This document shows positions 48,858 through 58,273 of a DNA stretch of 64,000 nt, in pieces. The stretch covers positions 2,816,001 through 2,880,000 of the forward strand of contig CBDIID010000003.1 in NCBI GenBank assembly GCA_965279515.1. The letters run 5' to 3'. Each line of letters opens with the position of its first letter. Within the stretch, counting starts at the first letter, position 1. Both the position numbers and the translations under genes were made by a program. Source of the stretch: Turneriella sp. Its GTDB lineage: Bacteria; Spirochaetota; Leptospiria; Turneriellales; Turneriellaceae. Below the pieces are notes generated by a model that saw nothing but the letters and a program-made list of their open reading frames with translations, was not told the origin of the DNA and did no database searches.

Positions 48858-50297
48858 ATGCTTTCCCTGAACCCACTCAGCAATGCACCCGCCGATGCAC
48901 GTATGCCCACCGAGGCGAAGGCGAAAACGCGGCCTGCCGACGAACAAAAACCCCAGGCAGATTTTGCCGCCTACATGGCGGCCCTTGCCCAGCCCGTGAA
49001 AATGGATGCCCCGGCAACAGCGCCCGCAAAACAGAATGATACGCCGGTAACAGAGAAGGCCGGTAATGTGCAGACGGCCGCACCAGGTACCGCCACGACC
49101 GATACACAGACCAGCACTGCGCAGAAAGCCGGCCACGAAGCGGCGGGCGAACGCAGCGAGACTACAAAGAACGAACGCGAGGCTGCCGAACCGAAAGCGG
49201 TGAAGGCGCAACCTGTGCGTTCAGACAAAGAACTCCTTGAAGCCCTCGGCCTCATCACGCGTAAAAGTCCGTTAGCGCAGGCAGAAGCCGTGCAGAAGAT
49301 CGCGCGCCCGGTGATCGATCCGCAAAGTTCGACTGCCGCAAAACAAAAGACCAGCACCGAAAAGGCAGATAAAAACCAGATCGCTGCCACAACCTTGCAG
49401 CAGCTGCAAAAAGCCCCCGATCTTATACTCGCGAATGCCGATGGCCTCAAACGCCTCGGTGAAAAACTCGGCCTTGCCTTTTTGGGCAAGGTCAGCGAAA
49501 AGCTGGGTGAGAAACAACCCAAGGCAGAAGGCGCACAGAATAATACGCGCAGTGAGTTAAAGACAGAGATGGCCTCGGCCGTCACGACAACGAAGCTGCA
49601 AAAGGCCGGGGATGGCCAGTCAGAGCAGAACACCGCCTTCCAAAACCAGCAGAAATCCACAAAAGGCGCACCCGCGAAAATTGTTTCACGTGAAACATTG
49701 GCGGCCGACACCGCGGAAAAGCCTGCACCGCTGGGTGGCAGCGACCTGAAACCGGTATCACTGCCCGAAACCGCAACGGGCCGGCTGGCAACGGCGGCAG
49801 CGGGAGAAACCCGCCTCGCGGAATCGGTATCGCAGATCCGTGCATCGGAAAATATCCGTACCGCGGTCGAAAACCCGCTGATGCGCGCCGACCTGGTGCG
49901 CCAGTTCAATGAAGTGATGAGCCGGGCGCAGGTGCTGGTCGCCGACAGCAAGAACGCGGAATTTTCCGTCAAACTCTACCCGCGCGACCTCGGCCGCATG
50001 GAAATCGACCTGAAGATGGTCGATGGCGAGATTCGCGGTAAGATCGTTGTCGAGAGCGAAGATGTGAAAAGTGAGATGCAGAATTATCTCGAGCAGCGTG
50101 AGCAATCATCCACCGGCGAGCAGATCGACCTCAACCGCATTGATATCGAAGTGAGAAGCGGCAACCAGCATGCGCAAAACCCGGAACGTACTCCCGAAGC
50201 CGATACGCTGTTGCAAAATCTCGTGACCCGCGCCGCTACCAGCGCCTACGAGATGACAGAAACCAGTAACGGAGCCGGATCAGCCCTCTATGCCTGA
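48858..50297 (+). CDS. fliK: Flagellar hook-length control protein
   Basis: Low-complexity A/P/T/K-rich N-terminus; C-terminal VKLYPRDLGRMEI.L....GEI.GKI.VES; upstream of flgD. Confidence 0.88.
   Translation: MLSLNPLSNAPADARMPTEAKAKTRPADEQKPQADFAAYMAALAQPVKMDAPATAPAKQNDTPVTEKAGNVQTAAPGTATTDTQTSTAQKAGHEAAGERSETTKNEREAAEPKAVKAQPVRSDKELLEALGLITRKSPLAQAEAVQKIARPVIDPQSSTAAKQKTSTEKADKNQIAATTLQQLQKAPDLILANADGLKRLGEKLGLAFLGKVSEKLGEKQPKAEGAQNNTRSELKTEMASAVTTTKLQKAGDGQSEQNTAFQNQQKSTKGAPAKIVSRETLAADTAEKPAPLGGSDLKPVSLPETATGRLATAAAGETRLAESVSQIRASENIRTAVENPLMRADLVRQFNEVMSRAQVLVADSKNAEFSVKLYPRDLGRMEIDLKMVDGEIRGKIVVESEDVKSEMQNYLEQREQSSTGEQIDLNRIDIEVRSGNQHAQNPERTPEADTLLQNLVTRAATSAYEMTETSNGAGSALYA
49682..49697. 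other. parS site (ParB binding) inside fliK
   Basis: Perfect consensus TGTTTCACGTGAAACA. Confidence 0.85.
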
Positions 50298-51048
50298 GAT
50301 CGGCGAAATACAGAGTTTTGATTCTGACGCCGCGGTTCTGCGCGAGCTGCAGAGCAAACGCCAGAGGCAGCCGGTCTCGAAGAATGGCAAGACGCCGATG
50401 GTGCGCAAGTCGGGCTACGACGCGCTCGATAAGAACAGTTTCCTCAAGTTATTAGTGACGCAATTATCAAAACAAGACCCGACGAACCCGATGAATGACC
50501 GCGAATTCATCTCGCAGATGGCGCAGTTCTCATCACTGGAACAGATGAACAATGTCGCCAACTCGATGAACAAACTGCGCGGGTCACAGGCGAACCAACT
50601 GATCGGCAAAATGATCGAAGGCAAGGATTTTGTGACAGAGAAACCCATCCAGGGGATTGTCACCAGCACGATTTACCAACCGAACGGCGAAGTGCTGCTT
50701 AAAGTCGGCGGGCGTTTTACTAAACTCGATGATGTTTCAGTCGTTACCGAGGTAACTCCGATCGCGGCGCCTGTTACCCCGGTCGGCCCCGGAAATGTTT
50801 CACGTGAAACAATGGCCGAACCTGCGCCCCAGGCAGCCCCCAAAGCGGCGGCGAAACCCGGCACGCAGGTTGTACCTGTAGCACCACAGATCAATCCAAA
50901 CCAGGCAGCGAAGGCCTATGAGGCGAACCAAAAGAGCGCCGAAAAACCCGCAAGGGTAACCCCCCCGTCCCCCCTAATAGGGGGGAGTGAGGGGGGTCCA
51001 ATAACAGAATCACAAAAAAATAAAGTAGAAGTTTCCAAGGGAGAATAA
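50290..51048 (+). CDS. flgD: Flagellar hook capping protein
   Basis: [41 protein letters not shown]. Confidence 0.95.
   Translation: MPEIGEIQSFDSDAAVLRELQSKRQRQPVSKNGKTPMVRKSGYDALDKNSFLKLLVTQLSKQDPTNPMNDREFISQMAQFSSLEQMNNVANSMNKLRGSQANQLIGKMIEGKDFVTEKPIQGIVTSTIYQPNGEVLLKVGGRFTKLDDVSVVTEVTPIAAPVTPVGPGNVSRETMAEPAPQAAPKAAAKPGTQVVPVAPQINPNQAAKAYEANQKSAEKPARVTPPSPLIGGSEGGPITESQKNKVEVSKGE
50796..50811. other. parS site (ParB binding) inside flgD
   Basis: Perfect consensus TGTTTCACGTGAAACA. Confidence 0.85.
50954..50998. repeat. C-rich/G-rich palindromic element, in frame inside the flgD 3' end
   Basis: ACCCCCC..TCCCCCCTA-A-TAGGGGGGA..GGGGGGT; same CCCCTAATAGGGG core as 37430-37485. Confidence 0.75.
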
Positions 51049-51052
51049 GACT

Positions 51053-52447
51053 ATGATGCGAACACTGTATGCCGGGGTATCCGGACTCAAGAACCACCAG
51101 ATAAGAATGGACGTGATCGGGAATAACATCTCGAACGTGAATACCAACGGCTTTAAAAGCGAGCGTGTGAACTTTCAGGACATGATTTCGCAGCTGGTGT
51201 CGGGCGCATCGGAACCGCGCGATAATGTCGGCGGTGTGAACCCCAAACAAGTCGGCCTCGGCGCGATGGTTTCATCGATCGATAAGCTGATGCACCAGGG
51301 TGCGCTGCAGACGACATCGAAAAACACCGACCTTGCGATCTCGGGTGAGGGCTTTTTCGTACTCGCTGACGGCAGCAAAAAGTTTTATACCCGTAACGGT
51401 AACTTTGACGTTGATAAGGAAGGCTGGCTTGTGAATCCCGCCAACGGTATGCGCCTGCAAGGCTGGAATGCCACGAAATCTGCAGAAGGTAAGCCGGGCG
51501 TCAACACGGCGGGTGACACAGAAAACCTGAAGATCCCCCTCTATCAAAAGGAACCGGCAAAGGAAACGAGCTTTGTACGTTTTAAAAGTAACCTGAACTC
51601 TGCAGTGCAGGCAATCCCCGCTGGGACAACAGACGCCGACCGCATGAAAATGATCATGGACGCTGACCCGTCTAAGCGCCGCGGCCATATTACCAGCATC
51701 AACGCCTTTGACGACCAGGGCGTGGAGCACACGCTCAAGGTCTACATGTGGAAGTCGGATACCAATAAGTGGACTGCATCGGTGGCGATGCAGGGCGCAG
51801 AGCAGCTCTCGGTGGATGTCACCGGTTCTAACGGCCAGAACACGCAGGTTGCGGGCAATACCCGCATGACGCTCGGTTTTTCTCCCGACGGGCGCCTGAC
51901 TTCGGTCTCTGACGGTGTCGACATGCGCAACCAGGATAAACTCAATGCCACGGTGAGCTTTCGCCTCGCGGGTAACCCCGCGGTGAAAAATATCGAACTG
52001 CGCCTCGGCGAAGCGGGCCAGGTCGACGGCATCACGCAGTTCTCTTCACAGTTTACCACGAAGGCCGTCGAGCAGGATGGTTATACGATGGGCTACATGG
52101 AAGCCTTCGAGATCAATGACACGGGTGTGATTACCGGGGTCTATTCGAACGGTGCACGCAACATGCTGGGCCAGGTCGCCCTCGCGAACTTCACCAACCC
52201 CGAAGGTCTTACCAAGTCGGGCCAGAATAACTTTGTGGAATCGATCAACTCGGGTAATGCCTTGATCGGCACATCTGGCATCCAGGGCTTAGGCGGTATC
52301 AACGCCGGTTTCCTCGAGATGTCGAACGTCGACCTTGCCGATCAGTTTACGGACATGATTGTCACGCAGCGTGGCTTTCAGGCAAACTCGCGCAGCATCA
52401 CAACTGCCGACCAGATGTTACAGGAACTTCTGGGTCTGAAACGTTAA
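51053..52447 (+). CDS. flgE: Flagellar hook protein
   Basis: [12 protein letters not shown]...[59 protein letters not shown]. Confidence 0.97.
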   Translation: MMRTLYAGVSGLKNHQIRMDVIGNNISNVNTNGFKSERVNFQDMISQLVSGASEPRDNVGGVNPKQVGLGAMVSSIDKLMHQGALQTTSKNTDLAISGEGFFVLADGSKKFYTRNGNFDVDKEGWLVNPANGMRLQGWNATKSAEGKPGVNTAGDTENLKIPLYQKEPAKETSFVRFKSNLNSAVQAIPAGTTDADRMKMIMDADPSKRRGHITSINAFDDQGVEHTLKVYMWKSDTNKWTASVAMQGAEQLSVDVTGSNGQNTQVAGNTRMTLGFSPDGRLTSVSDGVDMRNQDKLNATVSFRLAGNPAVKNIELRLGEAGQVDGITQFSSQFTTKAVEQDGYTMGYMEAFEINDTGVITGVYSNGARNMLGQVALANFTNPEGLTKSGQNNFVESINSGNALIGTSGIQGLGGINAGFLEMSNVDLADQFTDMIVTQRGFQANSRSITTADQMLQELLGLKR

Positions 52448-52455
52448 TAGTCTAA

Positions 52456-52486
52456 TTCGCCCCCACTCCGTAGGGATGGGGGCGAA
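52456..52486 (+). terminator. Hairpin after flgE (probable terminator)
   Basis: TTCGCCCCCA...TGGGGGCGAA; weak U-tract. Confidence 0.55.
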
Positions 52487-52539
52487 CATTTGTTCGCCAT
52501 TGGTTTGACTTCCCATGTGCCGAAGCCGATAATCCCCTT

Positions 52540-53352
52540 ATGTCGAGACCCGCCCTCGTAGAAAAGACAGTTTCGCGCCTCACACAAAAAAGGCTAGTGC
52601 GTTTTCAGATCAATGCTCTCACGAAGCAGGGCCGCAGGCAGCTGCAGCAGGTACTGACGGAATTCTTTGAAAAAGAGAATCTCAACAAGATGCATGTGCT
52701 GGCGATCCACTATGCGATCGTGGAAATTGTTTTTAATGCGCTGAAGGCAAATCTGAAATTTGCCGCCTTCCGCGAAGAGATCAAAAAACAACTCAACCGT
52801 TTTAAGATTACGGAAATCGAAGACCTGCTCCAGGTTATCATTGAAGAGCGCACACTGCGCGAATTCGCGGCAACGCGCATCATGCCCGATGTTTTAAAGA
52901 AACAGGTACAGAAAATCTTCGATCTCGAAGAAAAATACCGTACTGGTATGGGGCAGAAGCTCACCGGCGAGCAGGTCGAGATGCTTAAAAAGTTCCGCAT
53001 GCTCATCCGTGCGATCGACGCCGATGTTACTATGGAGATACTGCATTCGGGTGATGATATTCGTATCACGGTAACCAACAAGGTACCTATGCTGCAGAGA
53101 GACCTCGAACGCATCGACCAGAGCCGCCGCCGCCATGCCGAGCTCTATAAAGAAGGCAGAGCCGGCGATTTTTTCAGTTATGATAATTTAGACACCACGG
53201 AATCCGCGGGTTTTGGTATTGCGATGGTAGACCAGGGTTTTTATAAATTGGGTCTGGATCCGTTTAAACAAATGAACATCGAGACTCGCAACCGCGAGAC
53301 ACAGGTCACGCTGGCGTATCCCCGCCGGGCGTTGCTGATCCCGGCGGTATAG
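52540..53352 (+). CDS. Hypothetical protein with split GHKL/HATPase-like motifs
   Basis: EIVFNALKAN (N-box-like) and ESAGFGIAMV (G-box-like); TTGACT-N17-GATAAT promoter ends 6 nt before the ATG. Confidence 0.6.
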   Translation: MSRPALVEKTVSRLTQKRLVRFQINALTKQGRRQLQQVLTEFFEKENLNKMHVLAIHYAIVEIVFNALKANLKFAAFREEIKKQLNRFKITEIEDLLQVIIEERTLREFAATRIMPDVLKKQVQKIFDLEEKYRTGMGQKLTGEQVEMLKKFRMLIRAIDADVTMEILHSGDDIRITVTNKVPMLQRDLERIDQSRRRHAELYKEGRAGDFFSYDNLDTTESAGFGIAMVDQGFYKLGLDPFKQMNIETRNRETQVTLAYPRRALLIPAV

Positions 53353-53389
53353 TTAGACCCCACCCCCTTGGCCGAAGGCCGAGGTTGGG

Positions 53390-55042
53390 TTAGTTCCGGA
53401 CTTCGGCCGCGGCCTCTTTGGCGCCTTTAGAATACGAAAACATGATAATCACCAGTGCAAGCGTCGCATACGCAGCGGCGATGCTGTAAGGTGTCGGCCC
53501 CGCGGGGTTCAGTTTCACTGCCCAGGGCAGGTACATATCACCGTCAATCTTGATCGAGTGCATGAGACCAAAGAGCGAAAGAAACGCGCCCACAAAAAGA
53601 TATCCTGCTGATTGGTAGAATTTGCGGTCGATGAGTTTCGCGGTAAAGGCGCCCCAGATCATCGCGGTGATAATAAAACCGTTGCCGAGCGCGATGATGG
53701 TAAACCACGATTCCTGGAAAGCGCTGCCGAAGTAGTCGAGCGTGGGTTTGATTTTCGCTGCGGTTTCAGCAGAGACGCCGCTGAGTACGCCAAACAGGCC
53801 CTGGATCTGTGCCACGAGGCCAATCATCTTGATTTTCGCGAGGTAAGGCATCGATGGCAGGATTGCCATGGTCACTGCCGTAGCATGCCGCTTGGGTGTG
53901 GAGTGGTATGACTGCTCGACAATGTCGAGACCGACGAAGATCAGAATCGGCGCAAGAGCTGCCTGGGGCAGAACCTGCGCGAGGAAGCCGATGAAACCAA
54001 AGATACCACCGAGACCAATAAAGAGACCCGTGCCCAGTGTGTATGCTGCCCGCCCACCCATGGCCTTATACGCCGGATGACCGATGTAGGGTGTCGATTG
54101 CGCCACACCGCCCGTGATGCCGGCGGCGAGGGTGGCCACCGCTTCGGCGAGCAGAATGCTGCTGGTGCGGTATGAATCACCGGCAATACGTGCGCTGGCT
54201 GTGACGTTGATGCCGCCGATGACCGTGAGCAGGGCGAAGGGAATCGCGATGGGCAAATAGACGAGGGCTTCTCTAAAACCGCCGATGAATTCGAGCGTGG
54301 GAATAGGGAAGGCGATGATGAATTTGGGTGCGATTTCGGGCGCGTGCACGACCTTCAGCACTACCAGCATGTAATAAATAATTGCGCCGCCGATGACCGA
54401 GAGAAAGACGCTGGGGAGATTAAATGGCAGGCGTATCTTGGCGACGAGCGCATAGATAATAATACCGAGCGCAACCATGCCGGCGATGGGAGTGCCGAAG
54501 ACATGCTCGAGCGGCAGAAGACCCAGGAGCGCGATACCGACACCGGCAAGGGAACCGAGTAAGCCGGCTTCGGGAACAAGCTTTTCGACATAATAGCCTA
54601 CGAACGAAAGAAAGAATTTTACCACGCCGATGATGATCATCGTCGCCATGCCGACTTTCCATGCGGCGAGGCCCGCAGCATTCGGGTCTAACCCGCCGGC
54701 TTTCGCCGCCAGGAAGGCAGGGCCGATGACGGCGAAGGCGATGCCGATGGTGGATGGCGAATCGAGGCCCAGTGGCATGGCCGTGACATTCGGGTTCTGC
54801 GTCCGCTTGGCGAGGCGGAAGGCCATAATAGTATAGATGACGTCACCGACGAGAACGCCAAAGGCGGTGCCAGGGAACATTTTTCCGTAAACGAGGTCTG
54901 CGGGAAATCCGAAGACGAGTATCAGAATCTGTGCGAGAAAGACGAGATTGGTGACGTTGTCGAGCATCAGCCCGAAGAAGGCGTTGAGGTCGCCTATTCC
55001 CATCCAACGGTATTTAAAGGTAGAGCTTTCCATGGTGGCCAT
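53390..55042 (-). CDS. NCS2/AzgA-like nucleobase permease
   Basis: Many TMs; GDLNAFFGL.LDN, VTAMPLGLD.PS, TPYIGHPAYKAMGGRAAY. Confidence 0.8.
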   Translation of the reverse strand: MATMESSTFKYRWMGIGDLNAFFGLMLDNVTNLVFLAQILILVFGFPADLVYGKMFPGTAFGVLVGDVIYTIMAFRLAKRTQNPNVTAMPLGLDSPSTIGIAFAVIGPAFLAAKAGGLDPNAAGLAAWKVGMATMIIIGVVKFFLSFVGYYVEKLVPEAGLLGSLAGVGIALLGLLPLEHVFGTPIAGMVALGIIIYALVAKIRLPFNLPSVFLSVIGGAIIYYMLVVLKVVHAPEIAPKFIIAFPIPTLEFIGGFREALVYLPIAIPFALLTVIGGINVTASARIAGDSYRTSSILLAEAVATLAAGITGGVAQSTPYIGHPAYKAMGGRAAYTLGTGLFIGLGGIFGFIGFLAQVLPQAALAPILIFVGLDIVEQSYHSTPKRHATAVTMAILPSMPYLAKIKMIGLVAQIQGLFGVLSGVSAETAAKIKPTLDYFGSAFQESWFTIIALGNGFIITAMIWGAFTAKLIDRKFYQSAGYLFVGAFLSLFGLMHSIKIDGDMYLPWAVKLNPAGPTPYSIAAAYATLALVIIMFSYSKGAKEAAAEVRN

Positions 55043-55097
55043 GGGATAGCAAGTAGAGCGCCAAGGAGCGGGTCAAGGAAATTTGACCCGCTTTGTG

Positions 55098-56159
55098 TTA
55101 TGCGGCCGAGCGGTTATTTTTTAGCGCGATGATGCTGCGTTTGAGATCACCCAGGTCAATCGTGCGCCGTGTATAGGGGTAGTTTACGGAGTAAATGCGC
55201 AGATGTTCTGTCTTGCCCTTGGGCTGGTAGAGTCCCAACCCGCGCAGCGCCGAAGGCGGATCGATCTTCGCCAGCAGCGATTCATCGAAGACAACGAGTG
55301 CATCCACCTTGCGTGTCACACTCTCGAGCCGGGCGGCAGCATTGACGGAATCACCGAGCAGTGTATAGTCGTACTTGAGATGCGAGCCGACATTGCCCTC
55401 GCGCACGAGACCTGTGCAGAGGCCGATACCCGTGTAGAGTAGCCCCACGGGGTCGCCGGGTTTGGCCGCCTTGCGCGCATCGTCGATGCGGCGGCTGATT
55501 TCAATCGCCGCGTCGAGCGCATGCGAACCGTCGCCCGCCTTGAAGTAGGCCATCAGGCCATCGCCTGTCAGCTTTGAGATCGTACCGCCGTTTTCTGTCA
55601 CCGAGCGGTTGGCAATTTCATAAAACACTGTCAGCAGACGCTCAAATTCGGCGCTGTCGAGGTTTTCGGCGAAAGTCGTCGAAGAGAAAATGTCGGCGAA
55701 CAGGATTGTCTTCTCACTCGTCTTCAGTTTCCATGCAAGGGGGTTCTCCCCCTTTTGCAGGCCCGTGAGCACTTCGTGGGGTGAATAGCGCTCGAGCACA
55801 TAATGCGTGCGCGCCAGTGAGTTGAGCATCGTGCGGATAGGGCGTATCAGCGAGTCACCCGATTCGTCGAGGCGCACGGTCTTCATCGCCCAGTCACCGA
55901 ACTCACGCTGGCTGATGCTGTTCTCTACCTCGAGGCAGAAGATGTCCGTGTGGCGCGGGTCTTTCAGGATGCGTGCGTAACACCGGTTCAGGGCATCTTC
56001 GGGCCCCTCAAGAATCTGGTAGAACACATTGTTGAAGCAGAACAGAACTCCCGTCAACCCATCCCGCGTGTTATTGACGATCGAGCGCTCGCCGATCTGG
56101 GCAACTTCTTCGGCGCTGAGGGGCTGGGCGAAGCTGCTAATGTAGGTTAATCGTTTCAT
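55098..56159 (-). CDS. BLUF-domain photoactivated adenylate cyclase (PAC)
   Basis: MKRLTYIS, NN.RDGLTGVL, FYQILEG, DPRH, F.DW.M (BLUF); FADI, K.TGDG.M, DYTLLGDSVN.AARLE (cyclase). Confidence 0.95.
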   Translation of the reverse strand: MKRLTYISSFAQPLSAEEVAQIGERSIVNNTRDGLTGVLFCFNNVFYQILEGPEDALNRCYARILKDPRHTDIFCLEVENSISQREFGDWAMKTVRLDESGDSLIRPIRTMLNSLARTHYVLERYSPHEVLTGLQKGENPLAWKLKTSEKTILFADIFSSTTFAENLDSAEFERLLTVFYEIANRSVTENGGTISKLTGDGLMAYFKAGDGSHALDAAIEISRRIDDARKAAKPGDPVGLLYTGIGLCTGLVREGNVGSHLKYDYTLLGDSVNAAARLESVTRKVDALVVFDESLLAKIDPPSALRGLGLYQPKGKTEHLRIYSVNYPYTRRTIDLGDLKRSIIALKNNRSAA

Positions 56160-56307
56160 GGACGGAAGGTATCATGGATGGTTTGTTTTGTCCAAGTTTA
56201 CACGCAAACATTGGACAAAATATTCTTCGGTATTATGTCGCCTCTTTTTTGCGTATACTCTGTTAAAGAATGTGTTGACCCCCAAAACGCCAACCCCACT
56301 GAAGATA

Positions 56308-57138
56308 ATGTTCAAATTCCGTTGGATTTACACTTTATTGCTTTCGGCGCCTGTTTTCGCAGCGCCTGCCCCAACCCCCGCTAAACTACCGAACTTTTAC
56401 AATGAGACGATGAATTTTCGTATTGTCTGGAAAGGCATACCCGCCGGCGACGTCACAATGCGCACGCGCACAGACGGCGATAAATTCATCAACATCAATG
56501 CCCGCGTGAACTCGCTGGCTGCCGTTCATGGCATCTATTACGTGCAGGGCGTTTTCGCCAGCAAGTGGAATCACATCACCAAGACTCCCGTGATTGCTTA
56601 CGAAGAAGCCTTTCAGGGCGATGCCTACCAGCGCCGCAAGTTTCGTTTTGGCGCAGGCAAGGTGAATGTCGACAAGAACGAAAAAAAATTCCAGGAACAT
56701 AGCTATCCGCACACCGACACATTGAAAGGTGAATGGAAAGAAAATTATGATGTGAATACCAAGGGCGGTTATCAGGATCTCATGGGTGCGTTCTATTATG
56801 TTCGAAGCACCGGGCGCGTTCCCCGCGTCGGTGAAGTGCTGAGGGTGCCTGTGTTGCCTGCCGGCTCACGCCGGACCCTGGTTCTGAAAGTTCTCGGCCG
56901 CGAAACGCGCAACGATATCCCGTTCTTTGGCACACGCGAGATTATCCATGTGAAATCCGCGCTGGTCGACGATGTGAATAACAAAACGCAGGCGGGCAGT
57001 AACCTGTTCTTTAATACGCAGAGCCAGATTGAGATGTGGATTACCGCCGACGCGGATTTTGTCCCGGTCAAAATCTGGACCGAGGTGCCATATTTAGGCA
57101 CGGCGTATATTCTGCTTGAGAATTACACACAACCGTAA
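56308..57138 (+). CDS. DUF3108-like exported protein
   Basis: Signal peptide; E.M.F.I.W.GIPAG, D.MGAFYYVR, MWITAD...VPVKI. Confidence 0.7.
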   Translation: MFKFRWIYTLLLSAPVFAAPAPTPAKLPNFYNETMNFRIVWKGIPAGDVTMRTRTDGDKFININARVNSLAAVHGIYYVQGVFASKWNHITKTPVIAYEEAFQGDAYQRRKFRFGAGKVNVDKNEKKFQEHSYPHTDTLKGEWKENYDVNTKGGYQDLMGAFYYVRSTGRVPRVGEVLRVPVLPAGSRRTLVLKVLGRETRNDIPFFGTREIIHVKSALVDDVNNKTQAGSNLFFNTQSQIEMWITADADFVPVKIWTEVPYLGTAYILLENYTQP

Positions 57139-57148
57139 GGCAAAACGC

Positions 57149-57784
57149 ATGCGCACAGTTTTATTTTACCTGGCGGCCGCGCTTTCGCTGGCGGCTGCCG
57201 ATGACAGCTGGAAATACGCCAAAGCGAGCGAAGGCGTCACTGCCTATACACGATCGGTGGCATCGTCAGGTTTCAAGGAGTATAAGGTAGAAACGGAGGT
57301 CGACGCGACGCTGACCCAGGTCGTGGCGATGCTGATGTCGGTGGCCGACATGCCGCAGTGGGTCGACCGCTGCGCCGAGGCGCAGATTCTTAAAGAAATC
57401 AGCCCTACCGAATCTATCACGCGTACAGTCACCGCCTCGCCGTTTCCACTCAAGAACCGTGAAGCGATTGCGCACGGTAAACTGGTACAAGATCCGCAGA
57501 CTAAAATTGTGACGATGACGGCCACGGGCCGCTCCGATTTTATTCCGCCCGATTCAAAATACGAACGCGTGGTAAAGGTGCGCGGCACCTGGATTCTCGA
57601 GCCGAAGCCGGGCGGTAAGGTTCACATCAAAATGATTGGTCACACCGACCCCGGTGGTGTTATTCCGGCGGCGATTGCGAACCAGTTTGTCGTCATGATA
57701 CCGTTTAATACCATTAAAAACTTGCGCAATCAGATAAAGAAAGAAAAGTACGTCAAGGCTAAGCTGAAATACATTCGGGACTAG
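57149..57784 (+). CDS. START/SRPBCC lipid-binding domain protein
   Basis: W......GV..Y.R, PQWVD.C, PFPLKNRE, DPGG.IP..IAN. Confidence 0.85.
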   Translation: MRTVLFYLAAALSLAAADDSWKYAKASEGVTAYTRSVASSGFKEYKVETEVDATLTQVVAMLMSVADMPQWVDRCAEAQILKEISPTESITRTVTASPFPLKNREAIAHGKLVQDPQTKIVTMTATGRSDFIPPDSKYERVVKVRGTWILEPKPGGKVHIKMIGHTDPGGVIPAAIANQFVVMIPFNTIKNLRNQIKKEKYVKAKLKYIRD

Positions 57785-57796
57785 TCAGGGGGCAAC

Positions 57797-58273
57797 GTGT
57801 CAGTAACGAACCGTAAAGGAATCATTCTGTGTGTCGACGATGAACCCGGCGTGCTCGCGACGCTGAAAGAACAATTGCTCGCGGATTTTATGCCGACACA
57901 TGAAGTTGTCACAGCGACTTCCGGAGAAGAAGCCCTGGCATTTGTCGAAGCCGCTCGCTCTGAGCATGAAATTATCGAACTGATTATCACCGATCAGATG
58001 ATGCCGACCATGAAGGGCGACGAATTTCTAAAACGTGTTCACTCGATTTTGCCCGAGACCATGAAGATTCTGCTTACCGGCCATGCCGGCCTCGATTCGG
58101 CGATTAAAGCGATCAACGAGGGCGGTCTCAACCGTTATATTGAAAAACCCTGGAATGCCGAAGCGATGCGCGATGACATCAAAGGTCTCATTGGCAAGTT
58201 CAGGCAGAACCTCGAAAACCAATACCTTCTGAATAATCTCGAAGCTCGCATACGCGAACTCAGCCAGGCATGA
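57797..58273 (+). CDS. Response regulator (receiver domain plus coiled coil)
   Basis: LCVDDE, ITDQMMP.MKGDEFL, LLTG.A, YIEKPW. Confidence 0.92.
   Translation: MSVTNRKGIILCVDDEPGVLATLKEQLLADFMPTHEVVTATSGEEALAFVEAARSEHEIIELIITDQMMPTMKGDEFLKRVHSILPETMKILLTGHAGLDSAIKAINEGGLNRYIEKPWNAEAMRDDIKGLIGKFRQNLENQYLLNNLEARIRELSQA

Noticed and set aside
52525..52532. Perfect sigma-28 -10 box GCCGATAA
   Set aside because: No TAAA at the matching -35 position; TTGACT-N17-GATAAT (sigma-70) explains the site better
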